Shown: positions 41,592-54,182 of the stretch, piece after piece | Layout: each line of letters begins with the position of its first letter | Numbering within the stretch: position 1 is the stretch's first letter | DNA from: Octopus sinensis | Taxonomy: Eukaryota | Length of the DNA: 64,000 nucleotides | NCBI RefSeq assembly: GCF_006345805.1 | Contig: NC_043003.1 | Location: 54,560,001 to 54,624,000 of the forward strand | Direction of reading: 5' to 3' | Translations under genes and position numbers: made by a program | The notes under the pieces: generated by a model | What the model was told of the DNA's origin: nothing | What the model saw: only the letters and a program-made list of their open reading frames with translations | Databases searched by the model: none

Positions 41592-42519
41592 CGGACTGGA
41601 AGAAATTACATAGTGAACGGTCAAAGAAAGATATCGATCAGTGTGCAGAAGATATCACATTAGCACAGCCAGCTCACATGACCAGGGTAGAGGCCATTGA
41701 AATAGACTCAAGAGAGAGGGAGGGAGAGTGAAGGGGGGAGCGTGAGTGAGAGAGAGAAAGAGAGAGAGAGAGAGGAGATAGAACTGCTCTCTATGTGTGA
41801 GTGATAGTCGTGATTTAGTGATTAAATATTTAAAATTTAATAGCTCATCTCATTTTATTAAATCCCGATAACATTATTTGAGTATAAGAACAAGACGACG
41901 TAATATATGTTAGGAAAATTCCAATGAGGGGCATGGAATTTTGTAAATTTCCGGTCCTGAAAAGTAGGATTAGAGTAGGAATAATGTGGTACCGCAATTA
42001 TGATGATCATCGGTGTTAGCAGTATTTCACATCTGTACCGAGTTTTAAGAGATCTAGCCGTTGTGTAGGGTGTTTCGATGTAGCATTGAGAGATTGGAAT
42101 GTTAGCATACATATCTCTAACATTTGTATCATTTTTGCTGTTGTAAGTTACACACAAATATTCGGCCGGCATATAATATGTTTCTATCGATATCGGGCAC
42201 AGGTTAAACGATAACAATAGCAACTTTTTATTGATGCTGATATCTATCGGCTCCAAATCAACTCTGACTGCAGAAATCTGATCAAAGATCATAGGTATGT
42301 TGATTATAACCTTCTCGTACTTTTTCCATATCTGCAACTCATTACTAATAAAACATTCCTTTTACAAAACATTATAATTGGTATTTGGAGAGAGGGTTGC
42401 AGGTTGACCGATGGCATAGAAATTGTTTAAGTGGCAGGTACCTTTTCCGGTAAAAAAAATATAGGACATGTTAGTGGTGGAGAAAGCATTTAATTCCTAA
42501 AGGCTAGAGAGAGAGAGAG

Positions 42520-42607
<88 letters not shown>

Positions 42608-42760
42608 ATTTAAGTGGTTACTTGTCTTCCACGAATTTGAAGCTAAATTACTCTACAGTCAAACTTCGTCTTAAAAATGTTGTGACACACTGGAAATTAT
42701 ATTTGTTCTCTGGTAACAACGGGAATAATTGTGGTTAGAATTATTTTGAGCATAGCTAAA

Positions 42761-43650
42761 AGTGCAAGCGTGACTGCGTGGTAGGGAATTTTTTTCCCAG
42801 TCTCATAGCTGTCGGTTCAGTCTCCGTGGGTGGAACTTTGAGCAAGGGTCTTCTACTATAGCCATGGCCGACCAAAGGCTTGTGAGTGGATTTGTTAGAC
42901 AGAAACTGAAGGAATCCCATCGAATATATATATGTGTCTGTATGTGTGTGTGTGTACGTACTCATTACTCTTTACTCCTTTACTTGTTTCAGTCATTTGA
43001 CTGTGGCCATGCTGGAGCACCGCATTTAGTCGAGCAAATCGACCCCAGCACTTATTCTTTGTAAGCCTAGTTAGTACTTATTCTATCGGTCTCTTTTGCC
43101 GAATCGCTAAGTTACCGGGACGTAAACACACCAGCATCGATTGTCAAACGATGTTGGGTGTAGAAACACAGACACACAAACATACACACACACATACATA
43201 TATATATATACATATATATACGACGGGCTTCTTTCAGTTTCCGTCTACCAAATCCACTCACAAGGCTTTGGTCGGTCTGAGGCTATAGTAGAAGACACTT
43301 GCCCAAGGTGTCATGCAGTGAGACCGGAACCGGAACCATGTGGCTGGTAAGCAAGCTACTTACCACACATCCACTCCTACGCCTACGTGTGTGTGTGTGT
43401 GAGTGTGTGTTTGTGTGTTTGTGTGTATGTGTATGTTTGTGTGTGTAAGTGTGTGTGCCGCTTGAGAAAGCGTGTTGGTGTGTTTAGTTTCTGCAACTAA
43501 GCGATTCGGCAACCCCCCCCCCCCAAAAAAAAACAGAATAATTACTAGGCTTCAAAAAAAATAAAAATGTAACGGAATCGAAAACAACCTTTGAAGACAG
43601 TGCCGCCAGTATGGACGCAATGTAAAAATTGAAAGATATCAAAACGAAAA
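42761..43650 (+). mobile_element. Old CORE-type SINE (+) split by a younger copy
   Basis: Diverged head at about 42761-42930 and diverged tail at about 43445-43650. Confidence 0.7.
42961..43384 (-). mobile_element. CORE-type composite SINE nested in the TG microsatellite of the older copy
   Basis: Full reverse-complement match to the family. Confidence 0.9.
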
Positions 43651-44783
43651 ATGATGGTATCAGTGCTGATAACCTAAAGTTCGGGAACTCTCTGTAATAA
43701 CTTACCTTTGCCAGCTACACTGCAATGGGTATGTTTCACCTGCAGCATTAAATGCTTTTAATATGTAGTTGTCATATAGTCAATAATACAGTTCTCTGTA
43801 TTCCTATAGAGGTAAACTGCACCTTCTACTTCCACTACAGCAATAACTACCAAAAATATCATCCCACTTTTTATTTTTATCATCGCACACGTATTTTACA
43901 GTTAAAATTGTAAAATAGAAACAGTTAATTGATGAAATTTAAGCAGAAACACAACGATGACGGTATACGCTGGAAGAACAAATACGAAGATCTACGATGA
44001 AAGAAGGCGTGTATAGATCTTGCATTCACAATTTATTTTGTGTCTCTTGTAGACTGACTTCGTATTATATCTGAAACAAAAATATATATGTAATACTGTT
44101 AAACGAATTGTTGTTTTGAACGTGTAAGCCAACAAACTTAATTTACTCATCTTTTTTTATACGAACAACTGTTCTGTATGGACTATAAGACTGCTGACGG
44201 AACGCAAATGCTGCTGTTGATTTCATTATGTAAAGAAATGAAAAAAAGAAAAGAAAATAGAACAAATGAAAATCGAATGGGAAAAACAGGAATCCATTGA
44301 TATAGTTCATTCCTTCAGAGATATGATTTCATTGATAAAACGCTGGAGTCTGCCTTGCGTTGAAAATTTGGTTGCCCTGATTTTATTATTAATATCATGG
44401 TGAATGTATTTTTTTAGTTTCGCTTTATTTTTACACACAAATGTTTGGTGTTCATTTTTTAACTTTTTCACCGTATTTGGTCAGTTGACTGCGGTCATGC
44501 TGAAGCACTGCCTACTAGAGGGTTTCCTTGTTTAGTGGTGTAATATTTCGAATCCTGTGTTAATTTTACTCGCACTGATAAGTTTTTTCTTCTTTTTTAT
44601 CAAATGTATGTTTAGAGTATGTCGTGTTACCTTCGAAAGCCGAAGTGTGTAATGTGACGCACCGTTTTCTACAAGTATATTCCAACACAAACATTTCCTT
44701 ACTCGCATAGACATAAGCTATATATACATTTGTATATGTTTATGCCTGTCTGTCTATGCATGTATGTATGAGACATAAGTATC

Positions 44784-45014
44784 AAGTTTATATTACAGTT
44801 CCTACGCGTGGTTTGCCATTATTGTTGTTTGGAACATCAGGGTATACTTAATTGCGTTAACTCAGAGATAGTGGACATAGTTATCTGTAACTTAATGCAA
44901 TGAAGTATTACTTGATTCTTTATGGTTGGGCGTCTAAATGCATTTGGAACACATTTTGCTATGCTCCACTCAACTATAATGTTGAAGCGTGCATAGGAAC
45001 TGTAATATAAACTT
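44784..45014. mobile_element. MITE-like element with perfect 21-bp terminal inverted repeats
   Basis: aagtttatattacagttccta (44784-44804) / taggaactgtaatataaactt (44994-45014). Superfamily not determined. Confidence 0.75.
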
Positions 45015-45230
45015 TTGCTTCTCCTTATTTCTGCTACAGTTCCTCTATAGCTATACTACTCAGTATAGAAGATACTTAGCAACCACAGAAGCCGACTGGT
45101 TTATGATAATCTACGCAGAGGTTTAAACACAACAATGGTCGTCGCAAATCTATTTGTAGACACACACACACAAACACACACACACAAACACACACACACA
45201 AACACACACACTAACATGCACACGTGTGTG

Positions 45231-45269
<39 letters not shown>

Positions 45270-46642
45270 TTATGATATATATATACATGTATGTATGTAT
45301 GTTTCTATGTATATATGTATGCATATATACATACACTAAAGATACGGCATATATTAAAGGATATAAAACATGCCTAGCCTGCTTTTTTTGTATTCCTTAA
45401 CGTGTGCCATGGATTTTTCTGCCATTTTCCACTCGATTGTATGTGGCGCAGACTTGGTCTTGAAGCCCTATACCTGGCTAGCCAGGGTAGTGGCTTTACT
45501 AAAGTGGAATAATATTTCTATTTACAGATTGCTAAGCTCAGCTATCTTAAATCCAACAATCCGAAATCAGGTTAATAGCCAAAAAGGTACACAGAAATAT
45601 TAATATCAAAATCCCAGAGACCACTATGGTACAATAATGGGGTAATAAGAATACTGTAACGATGGTTTAAGAATTTAAAGGTTAAACTTAATGCTATATT
45701 TTAACAGCTGTATATTCTTGTCAACTCTAACGGAAACTGAAAGAAGCCCGTCGTATATATATATATATACACGTATATATTTGTGTGTGTCTGTGTTTGT
45801 CCCTCCACCATCGCTTGTAAAAATTTTTACGCGCAATTTGAAGACCATGAAAGTCTGCCATTATACATATTTTAAACTGCTTAACCACAGGTTATTATAT
45901 AAATTTACTGGCCTTTTTTGCCTTTGGCTATCATTTTTGCGTAATATACCATTTATTATGACATTTAACAATATCACATGGCAATTGTTGGCTATGATAT
46001 TTCATTATTGTATTGATATCCACATCATCATATATAAGTCACTTACAATGAATTAGACACGCGCGGTATCTTAGAATATATTTGACCAGCATCCTGCACG
46101 TTTGAATCGATCTCGAGCCTCACATTTACAAAGCGACCGTATAACTAATCTAATATACTGACTAAAATATATTAAAGAAGGCTTAGTATTTGAGATCTTT
46201 CTACGCACGCTAGCATTTCTAAGTATACCAAGGTATTCAGCTTGAAATAACATACAAACTATTCTCCAATTTTTCTCCTTCTCACGTTGATGGCTTCTTG
46301 GCCTTACACTGTTCAGGACATAGTTTGTTTCATACAATTTATTCCCTCTGCATATCTCTGACATTTTGGCTAGAAATCTTCTTATTAAATCCTTCTTAGG
46401 AACCAATCTAAATGTTTTGTTATCGTTTAGAATTTCGCTTAGGCTTTCAGGAGCCTCTTGCATATATTACTAATTAATTTCGCCTGCTTGTACAATAGCC
46501 GTTCAAAATGTTGCTGAAACCTGGGATATTGATACAAAACCAGACGATGTATAGTAATCGTGTTACATTTATACAAACGAATAAAGGACTGACGAAATAA
46601 TTTTACGTTTCTTAGTATATATATATATATATATATATATAT

Positions 46643-47070
46643 ACGCAGGAGTGGCTGTGTGGTAAGTAGCTTGCTTACACCAACCACATGGTTCCGGTTT
46701 AGTCCCACTGAGTGGCATCTTGGGAAAGTGTCTTCTACTATAGTCTCGAGCCGACCAAAGCCTTGTGAGTGGATTTTTGGTAGACAGAAACTGAAAGAAG
46801 CCCGTCGTATATATATATATATATATTATATATATATATATAAGTATGGGTGTATATGATTGTGTCTGTGTTTGCTCCCCCAACATCGCTTGATAAAACC
46901 AATGCTAGTGTGTTTACGTCCGTAAATTAGCCGTTCGGCAAAAAGGAACAGATAAAATAAGTACCAGGCTTACAAAGAATAACTCCTGGGCTCGATTTGC
47001 TCGACTAAAGGCGGTGCTCCAGCATCGCCGCAGTCAAATGACTGAAACAAGTAAAAGAGAGAAAAGAAAG
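46643..47070 (+). mobile_element. CORE-type composite SINE
   Basis: Family head, microsatellite and tail. Confidence 0.9.
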
Positions 47071-47149
47071 AAAAAGACACAGAGTGATTGATAACTCCTT
47101 AATTTAAAATACTTATAAATTATTTATTAATAGTAACATTTCTCTCAAT

Positions 47150-47500
47150 GTTTTTGTGGTGTTTTTTGAAGTATGAGAATTTGTGTAATCGTATTACTCC
47201 TGTCGTTCGTGAATAGCGGGATGCCCATTTCCTCGGGGGATAGATAGGTCGCTGTGGTCTGCTTGAGTGGCCAACCAGAATCCGGATTTAACACACTGTA
47301 GCTTCTTTCTTTGGGGCTGGTTTGAGGCACATGTCTGCTAAACCAAAGACTTTGGAAGAACCTGAAGTGCGGATGCAAAACGTTATGTCTTCTTCCATTC
47401 CACAAGAGTCTCCCAGGAATATAAAAAATGAAATTCCTTCTAATGAACAATTCGCCATAATGAGATCGTCAAAACAAATCGTAAACAGGCTTTTTTTGTC
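47150..47500 (+). mobile_element. Tc1/mariner (Tc3-like) transposase C-terminal remnant
   Basis: Across frames: IGRCGLLEWP / PDLTHCSFFLWG / KPKTLEE, matching WIGRxGxxEWPPRSPDLTPCDFFLWG...KPxTLEEL. Confidence 0.85.
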
Positions 47501-50500
47501 TTCCTGCATGCACAGTATTGAATGGTCATGTGAGCAATATAACCTGGACGACTCAAGAAGCTGGTGGCGACGTCTGGACCCCATATCGAATTTTAAATAA
47601 AACCTCATGCTAAAAGATTTCTTCTTATATCCATTTTTATGAAAAGTTTTAAAAGTATTTAAAAATAGTAAGTTACTTTCCAATCATCCTATTTGCTTCA
47701 GTCCTTTAAATGCGGCCATTCTGAGGTACTGCCTTGGAAGGTTTTAATCGAACAAATGCGACACGCCGTGCTTCTGAACCCAGAACCATGTGGTTGGGAA
47801 ACAAGCTTCTTACCACACAGCCACACTTGCGCTTATATATATATATATATTGGGCCTGCAATCGCCTATGTTATCGATTCTGTTATTATCATTTTTAAAT
47901 TGTTACACTAGATAATAATAGAGTCAATGATTTCTTCGCAAATATTTTCTCCTGAATTATTTTTCTCCTGAATTATTTGCTCCGTATTGAAATTATACAT
48001 ACATGCACACACAAGCACACAAGCACAAGCACACACATGCACACACACACTCATGTATGCATGTGGGTGCATGTGTGTGTGTATATGTTTGTTATGTAAG
48101 CAGGCATATTTTTTTACTAATTTCATTCCTTGTAGCACTCATGCTCATGGTAGATCCAAAGGGGATTATCAATGATAAGGAGCAGATTGCTTATTTTAGT
48201 TGGTGGCATGTTTTCTTAATCAAGTGATCAATGGAGTCGATAGTTTCCCGGAAATGATATGATAAACAATAAGTGATTACATGGAAAAATGCGAGCAAGA
48301 GGAATAATATTCTTAAGATTATAAATCTGGAAAATTACAGGACAAGTTATTACACATGGAAATGTTCCGGACAACTTATTACAACTTCTAACATATGGTT
48401 AAGTACAGAACAAAGACATTCTTACTTAAAATATTGCAGCTGAGGGTAAAATTTAAAATAAAATATTTAGATTTAGAAAATATTAGCCTTTATTAATAAT
48501 AAAAATTTTATTACAAATTATTTCTTCTATTTGTTATTACTTGTTACTTTAATGAAAATTATAAAAATAACTCAAAATATTCTTAATTAATAAGTAGAAA
48601 TTTGAAAATAGGTTGTAAAAAAATACTAGAAATCACGATTAGTTAGTATAATAAATAGAATAATGCACAAATTAGTAATATATCATAGTAAAATCTACCT
48701 ACAGCATATTCACAGTAAAATTCGCTTGAGTTATTGCCTTATTGCAAAATCTTCAAATTTTTAATCTTGACCCAATGCCTATTTTTTTACATAATGAATT
48801 TGCTTACCATATACACTGTTCTACTTTGCATAAAACTCTATTGGTACTTCTGGCTCTCATTTTTTAAGTATTCTAGTCTGTCAATATTTTCACAAAATGA
48901 TAGTACATTCTTTTTTAATTATATTATTACTTTGTAAATTAAAATCAAATAATTTTTAATATTCAAATTTTATCCTTAGCTGCAATATTATATGTAAAAA
49001 TGTTCTTGTTCTGTACTTTACCAGATGTAATAAGTTGTCCTATAATTTTCCAGGTGTATAATCTTAAGAATATCATTTCTCTTACTCGCATTTTCCATGT
49101 AATCCATGTTTTTTTCTCAGGCTATGCTATTATGCTAATTAATAATGTGTCAATTAGCGGTGTTGTTGATAATTATTTCTTTACCTCAATGACGCTGGCG
49201 ACATATATTAAAAGTCCCATTATAGAATAAAAGTATAGAACTATATTATCACCCTCAAATTTGAGAAACAAACACTCAACATTTTTCTTTTAAAACTTGA
49301 TTGCATGAGGTTGATACCTTGAAATTCCTCGAATTGAGCTCTATCATTTAAGCTTGATTAAAATATAGTTTGTTTTTAAAATAAAAAAAAAACTAATTAT
49401 ACTGAAATCCAATTTTTTGCCTTAATCATATTTCTTTTCTCATGATATTTTACCTAGCAACTTTTTTAATACAAATTTTGGTTGCATGGGACAAAAACTA
49501 TTAAATCCCTAATGCTTTCTTCTTTCGTTTAAGCTAAGATAAATATATTGTGCAGTAAAATATTAAAAAAAAATTTATTTAGATCTAAACCTGATATGGT
49601 GGCATTACTTACTCTCCTATAACGTCGCATCATATCTTGATGTAAACTTTTTTCTACTGGACCAAATCCCAATTTTCTTATGCCAAAATGCTGCTAGGGA
49701 CCAGCCCTCTTCACAAATATTAGCAGTTTTCAATTTGGTTAAGAACAGAATTAGCGATCAGCTCCAAAAGATGCTGTAAATGAGGAAATTGTGGCCTTAG
49801 GAATATCATTCAACTACTACCGTATTTAAATGATACTATTTTTAAAGTCCGCAAACATACTGAACACAAAGCACAAATACATGCATACATACACACACAC
49901 TCATACACACCCACATACACACAGATATATATATATTTTAATATAAATATTATCTCTCTGTCCCACTCTCTCTCTCTCACACCCTTTATGTACACATATA
50001 TTTATATATAGATAAATAGATAGATATATACATATATATATACACATTCATACATGCATCCATCATACACATACAAATATGTGTATTATTATGCACGTGC
50101 ACATACATGTGTAGACATGTAGGTCTAAATGCTTTGGTATATGCATGTGTCCATATCAATTTTACTAATGTTTACATGTCTGTATGTGCAATTCTCACAT
50201 GCTAAATTTCGGTGACCTTTTACATATATTCAGAATGCGTTTAATATCTTGTATCCGTAATTATAGAACTATCTGTTTCCACCTGCTTTTTGTGAATCAA
50301 CGATTTCATTGTTATTCATGTTCTTGCATGCAAAATGAAAACTTTTCAAAATGAGACCTGTAATCCCGGATATGAATATCATCAAAGAAATAATCAGATT
50401 TTTCCCAAGGCTCATCGTTATGATATTAATGCTGCAGATAATATACATGAAATAATATACGTCATATTTTCAGTTGACAGTACCAATCACCAAATATACG

Positions 50501-51404
50501 ACTGCTAATGTGAGTTGTCTCGAAAACAAAACTGTATTTTTTTCGTTTCATTTACTTTGTTCACATTATTTATGTTTTCCCGTGATTTCCTGGAAGTTTA
50601 TTTAGAAAAATAATGTTATTAATTCCAATAACACTAATCTTAAACTGTTAGGATGAACTTATCCTCAAGGTGAAGTTAGCGTATGCTATCATCCCCTTAT
50701 AACATGCCAGAGAAATATGATTGTTATGAGCATTATACTACTAGAACTAGAAATTTGATCGTTAAATTTACTCGTCATCGGTTAGATGTTTTTTATTTGT
50801 AAGTGATGAATATATGTTGTCTGTGCGTTTATTCTAGCATCGTTTCATGCTCGGATTATTACTTCCATCATTAATTGCCTATATTTGTGATGGCCATGTA
50901 GTACGTGGATGTGTTGTTCCCTAATGTTCCCCGATGCATTTATTTTTGTGATGTGTTGAGTAACGTTGTAATGTTCCTTGTTGTAAGAGCATGGACCGAC
51001 CACCTTCGTACTTGTGCAGGGAAAAGGGCTATCAGAATCATACTGGTCTCAATTTTCTACGCATGTAATCGAATTTGGAAATAACATTGGTTATTTGACG
51101 ACTGTTCGACGTTTTACATATATAATGTTTTAATCTCAGACTTTGCTTCGATTTTCGTAAAATACCTTTCGAAATTTATCGATAGATCTAATACGTCTGT
51201 GCTCTGTTTTAAGAGATTTTTGTGTTCAGCTATACCAAAGTAGGTTTGCATTTGCTTAGTAGTTTCATGTATAGTACATTTTAGTAGTTTCATGTATCTA
51301 AGGTATTTGTCATGCAACATTACTTCATGCATTATGCTAATATAGGGTATATTTTTCTGGTGTATTTCGCTGTTTGCATACGTAAATTAAGTGCGGCGCT
51401 TTAA

Positions 51405-51644
51405 TTCTTTTACTTGTGTCAGTCATTTGACTGCGGCTATGCTGGAGCACCGCCTTAAAGAGTGTTAGTCGAAGAAATTGACCCCGGAACTTATTTTTTT
51501 AAAGTCTAGCACTTATTCTATCTGTTTCTTTGGCCGAACCGCATGTTACGGGGACATAAACACATCAGCATCAATTGTCAAGCAATGGTGGGCGGAGGAG
51601 GGGAAGAGCAACTACAAGCACAGACAAACACACACGTACACACA

Positions 51645-51686
<42 letters not shown>

Positions 51687-51842
51687 GACGGGCTTCTTCC
51701 AATTTCTGTCTACCAAATCCACTCACAAAGCTTTGACGCTCCCGAGGCTATAGTAGAAAACATTTTCCAATGGTGCCACGCAGTGGGACTCAGCCCGGAA
51801 CCATGTGATTGGGAAGCACGTTTCTTACCACATAACCACGCC
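51405..51842 (-). mobile_element. CORE-type composite SINE
   Basis: Reverse-complement family match, diverged. Confidence 0.85.
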
Positions 51843-52300
51843 TGATTTTCAACGGTTTTGATGCTCGGATCGTTTGAAGCAAGGGTTCCCCATCGTTGTT
51901 TATCTACGGATCCTTTTGATTACTATTCTATTCTGATGAACTATTTAACACTTATCCTTGCGCTTTCTTCTATATTACCGTTAACGATCATACTTTTAAA
52001 TTTCTTTCCAAAATCAATTTACATCATAAATCTCACTATACCAAAATCAGTAGATGGATCCTGAATATTTACCTAGTATAAGTTTTTCTTTTATTTCAAA
52101 TTATTTTTGTACCGAGTTACTCAATTACGTCATCTTTTCCTACTGAGCATATACTTGACAGGTGGTTATGTAGGTATCGTCTTTATACTATGCCTCCTCT
52201 GTATGATATTCTATGAATATTCAAATACTTTTTCAAATCCCATGATGTATGTGTCTGTTAGATATTTTCGATAGTGCCAAATTCTCGTGTAGTCATGTCT

Positions 52301-52744
52301 CTTACTCTTTTATTTGTTTCAGTCATTTGACTGCGGCCATGGTGGAACATCGCCTTTAGTCGAGTGAATCAAGCCCCATGACTTATTCTTTGTAAGGCTA
52401 GTACTTATTCTATCGTTCTCTTTTGCCGAACCGCTAGATTACGAGGAAGTAAACACACCATCATCTGTTTTCAAGCGATGTTGGGGGGACAAACACAGAC
52501 ATATACACACACGTACATATATATCATGGCTCAGTGGTTAGAGCGTCGAACTTACGATCCCGGACCGGGCTGCGTGTTGTGTTCTCGAGCAAGGCACTTT
52601 CCGTCTACCAAATCCACTCATAAGGGGTTGGTCGGCCCGAGGCTATAGTAGAAGACACTTGCCCAAGGTGCCACGCAGTGGAACTGAATCCGGAACCATG
52701 TGGTTGGTAAGCAAGCTACTTACCACACAGCCACTCCTACGCCT
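52301..52744 (-). mobile_element. CORE-type SINE containing a plus-strand head fragment of another SINE (about 52525-52600)
   Basis: Family match. Inserted tggctcagtggttagagcg...ttctcgagcaaggcacttt (A box plus CORE start). Confidence 0.8.
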
Positions 52745-53000
52745 ATGTGTGAATAATTTCATAATTTTGGGATTCTGTAGCGTCTGTGCTATGTTTTGGA
52801 TCGGTATTTCCTCCCAGGACTGTTTTGGTCTTAAACACTTTAAATTTTATTTTATTTCTCCCTCTGGTTTTATAGGTACCATCCATATTCCACAATCATT
52901 ATTTTAACATAATCTTGACGATAACAACGCCGAGATTTCCGTTATTTTACCATTTTTTTCCGGTTGGAAATGAATATTCTCTGGTTAATTAAATTAATGT

Positions 53001-53278
53001 GGAGGCGCAATGGCCCAGTGTTTAGGGCAGCGAACTCGCGGTCTGAGGATCGCGGTTTCAATTCCCAGACCGAGCGTTGTGTGTGTGTGTTTATTGAGCG
53101 AAACCACCTAAAGCCCCAACTTTCTCTCAATCTTTCTTCCTGTTACTTGAGTAATGCTGCGATGGACTGGTGTCCCGTCCAGCTGAGGTGTACACATACG
53201 TCACAGAAACCGAGAAACCGGGCCCATGAACATAGATGGGCTTGAAAAGGGCGCATGAATAAATAAATAATAAGTAAA
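53001..53278 (+). mobile_element. tRNA-derived SINE with a V-domain-like segment
   Basis: A box tggcccagtgtttagg, B-box-like ggtttcaattcc, ctgcgatggactggtgtcccgtccag (V-SINE-like), (aata)n tail. Confidence 0.7.
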
Positions 53279-53884
53279 TCAATTATTTCCAACGACGAAT
53301 CATTTCTGGTTTAGTAAGCTTCCAATACTGAAACCTCGAGTTGCATTAATTTTAGCATTGCATTATATTTCTATAACATCTGTGTCTAGTTTGTGCGAAA
53401 TTTTGCATTTTCATTATCGATCTCGTGCAAGATTGTAATATATTTTATATATGTCATCTCTTGACTCATATGTGTATTTTCCACGCTGTTTCCTTGAGTT
53501 TACATACTCCTGCATTAAGCATTATGAAAAAGTATTCCCTTTCCATTCTGACTACTGTGGTTACGGCATAGATCTTTCTAAAATTGATTCTCATGATATT
53601 GATGTTTAAATCTGCTTCCAGTAAGTCTATGAAGGTCTGATTCTTATGCATTGTGGTTGTTATTTTATTAGGTTTTCTGTTCGGGATGGTCTTTCGTAAG
53701 TCGATAGGAAGATCTTCCATGGATTTTAATTCTTTAGCCATTTCCACCATTCAGTAATTGTCCTTTACAAAATCTGCTGCTTTAGAATTTTTTATTTAGT
53801 TCTCTTTACTGTAATTCTGATTTAGCTTTTGTTAATCATCATCATCATCATCATTACTACTATCATTATTATCATTATTATTAA

Positions 53885-54150
53885 AGCGGTGAGCTGGCAG
53901 AATCGTTAGTATGCTGGATAAAATGCTTGGCGGCATTACGTCCGTCCTTACGTTCAAATTCCACCGAGGTATACTTGCATTAAATCCATTCGAGGTCAGT
54001 AATCTGTTAGTAATCGAGGTCAGTCTTTAGCCTAAGGCGGCGAGTTGGTAGAATCGTTAGCACGCCGCGCAAAAAGCTTAGCAACATTTCGTCCTCTTAA
54101 CTAGTCCCCACTGCTAAATGTCAGGCCTTCTGCCTTTAGTAGAAAGGATT
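53885..54150 (+). mobile_element. Two decayed Meta-type SINE fragments
   Basis: Heads gcggtgagctggcagaatcgttag (53886) and ggcggcgagttggtagaatcgttagc (54036). Confidence 0.75.
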
Positions 54151-54182
54151 ATTGTTATTGTTGTTGCTGTTGCTGTTGTTAT

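Larger units (their letters stand above)
41910..43883 (-). pseudogene. Candidate two-exon small secreted-protein gene with one in-frame TAA (coding 43883-43706 joined to 41956-41910)
   Basis: Acceptor tttttgtttcag (exon start 44070), donor AAG|GTAAGT at 43706/43705, acceptor ctaatcctacttttcag (exon start 41956), AATAAA at 41859-41854. N-terminus is signal-peptide-like. Confidence 0.3.

Noticed and set aside
41845-41956. NSMPLIGIFLTYI resembling the Cys-loop receptor M3 helix
   Set aside because: A single short match. No Cys-loop, M1, M2 or M4 segments were found in the window.
47145-47683. Three overlapping 92-131-aa ORFs suggesting a host exon
   Set aside because: Explained by a frameshifted Tc1/mariner transposase remnant on the plus strand.
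48134-48410. Strong acceptor followed by protein-like fragments
   Set aside because: All three frames close within about 30 codons and no partner exon was identified.
53001-53075. Possible tRNA gene
   Set aside because: No full cloverleaf; it runs directly into a SINE body.
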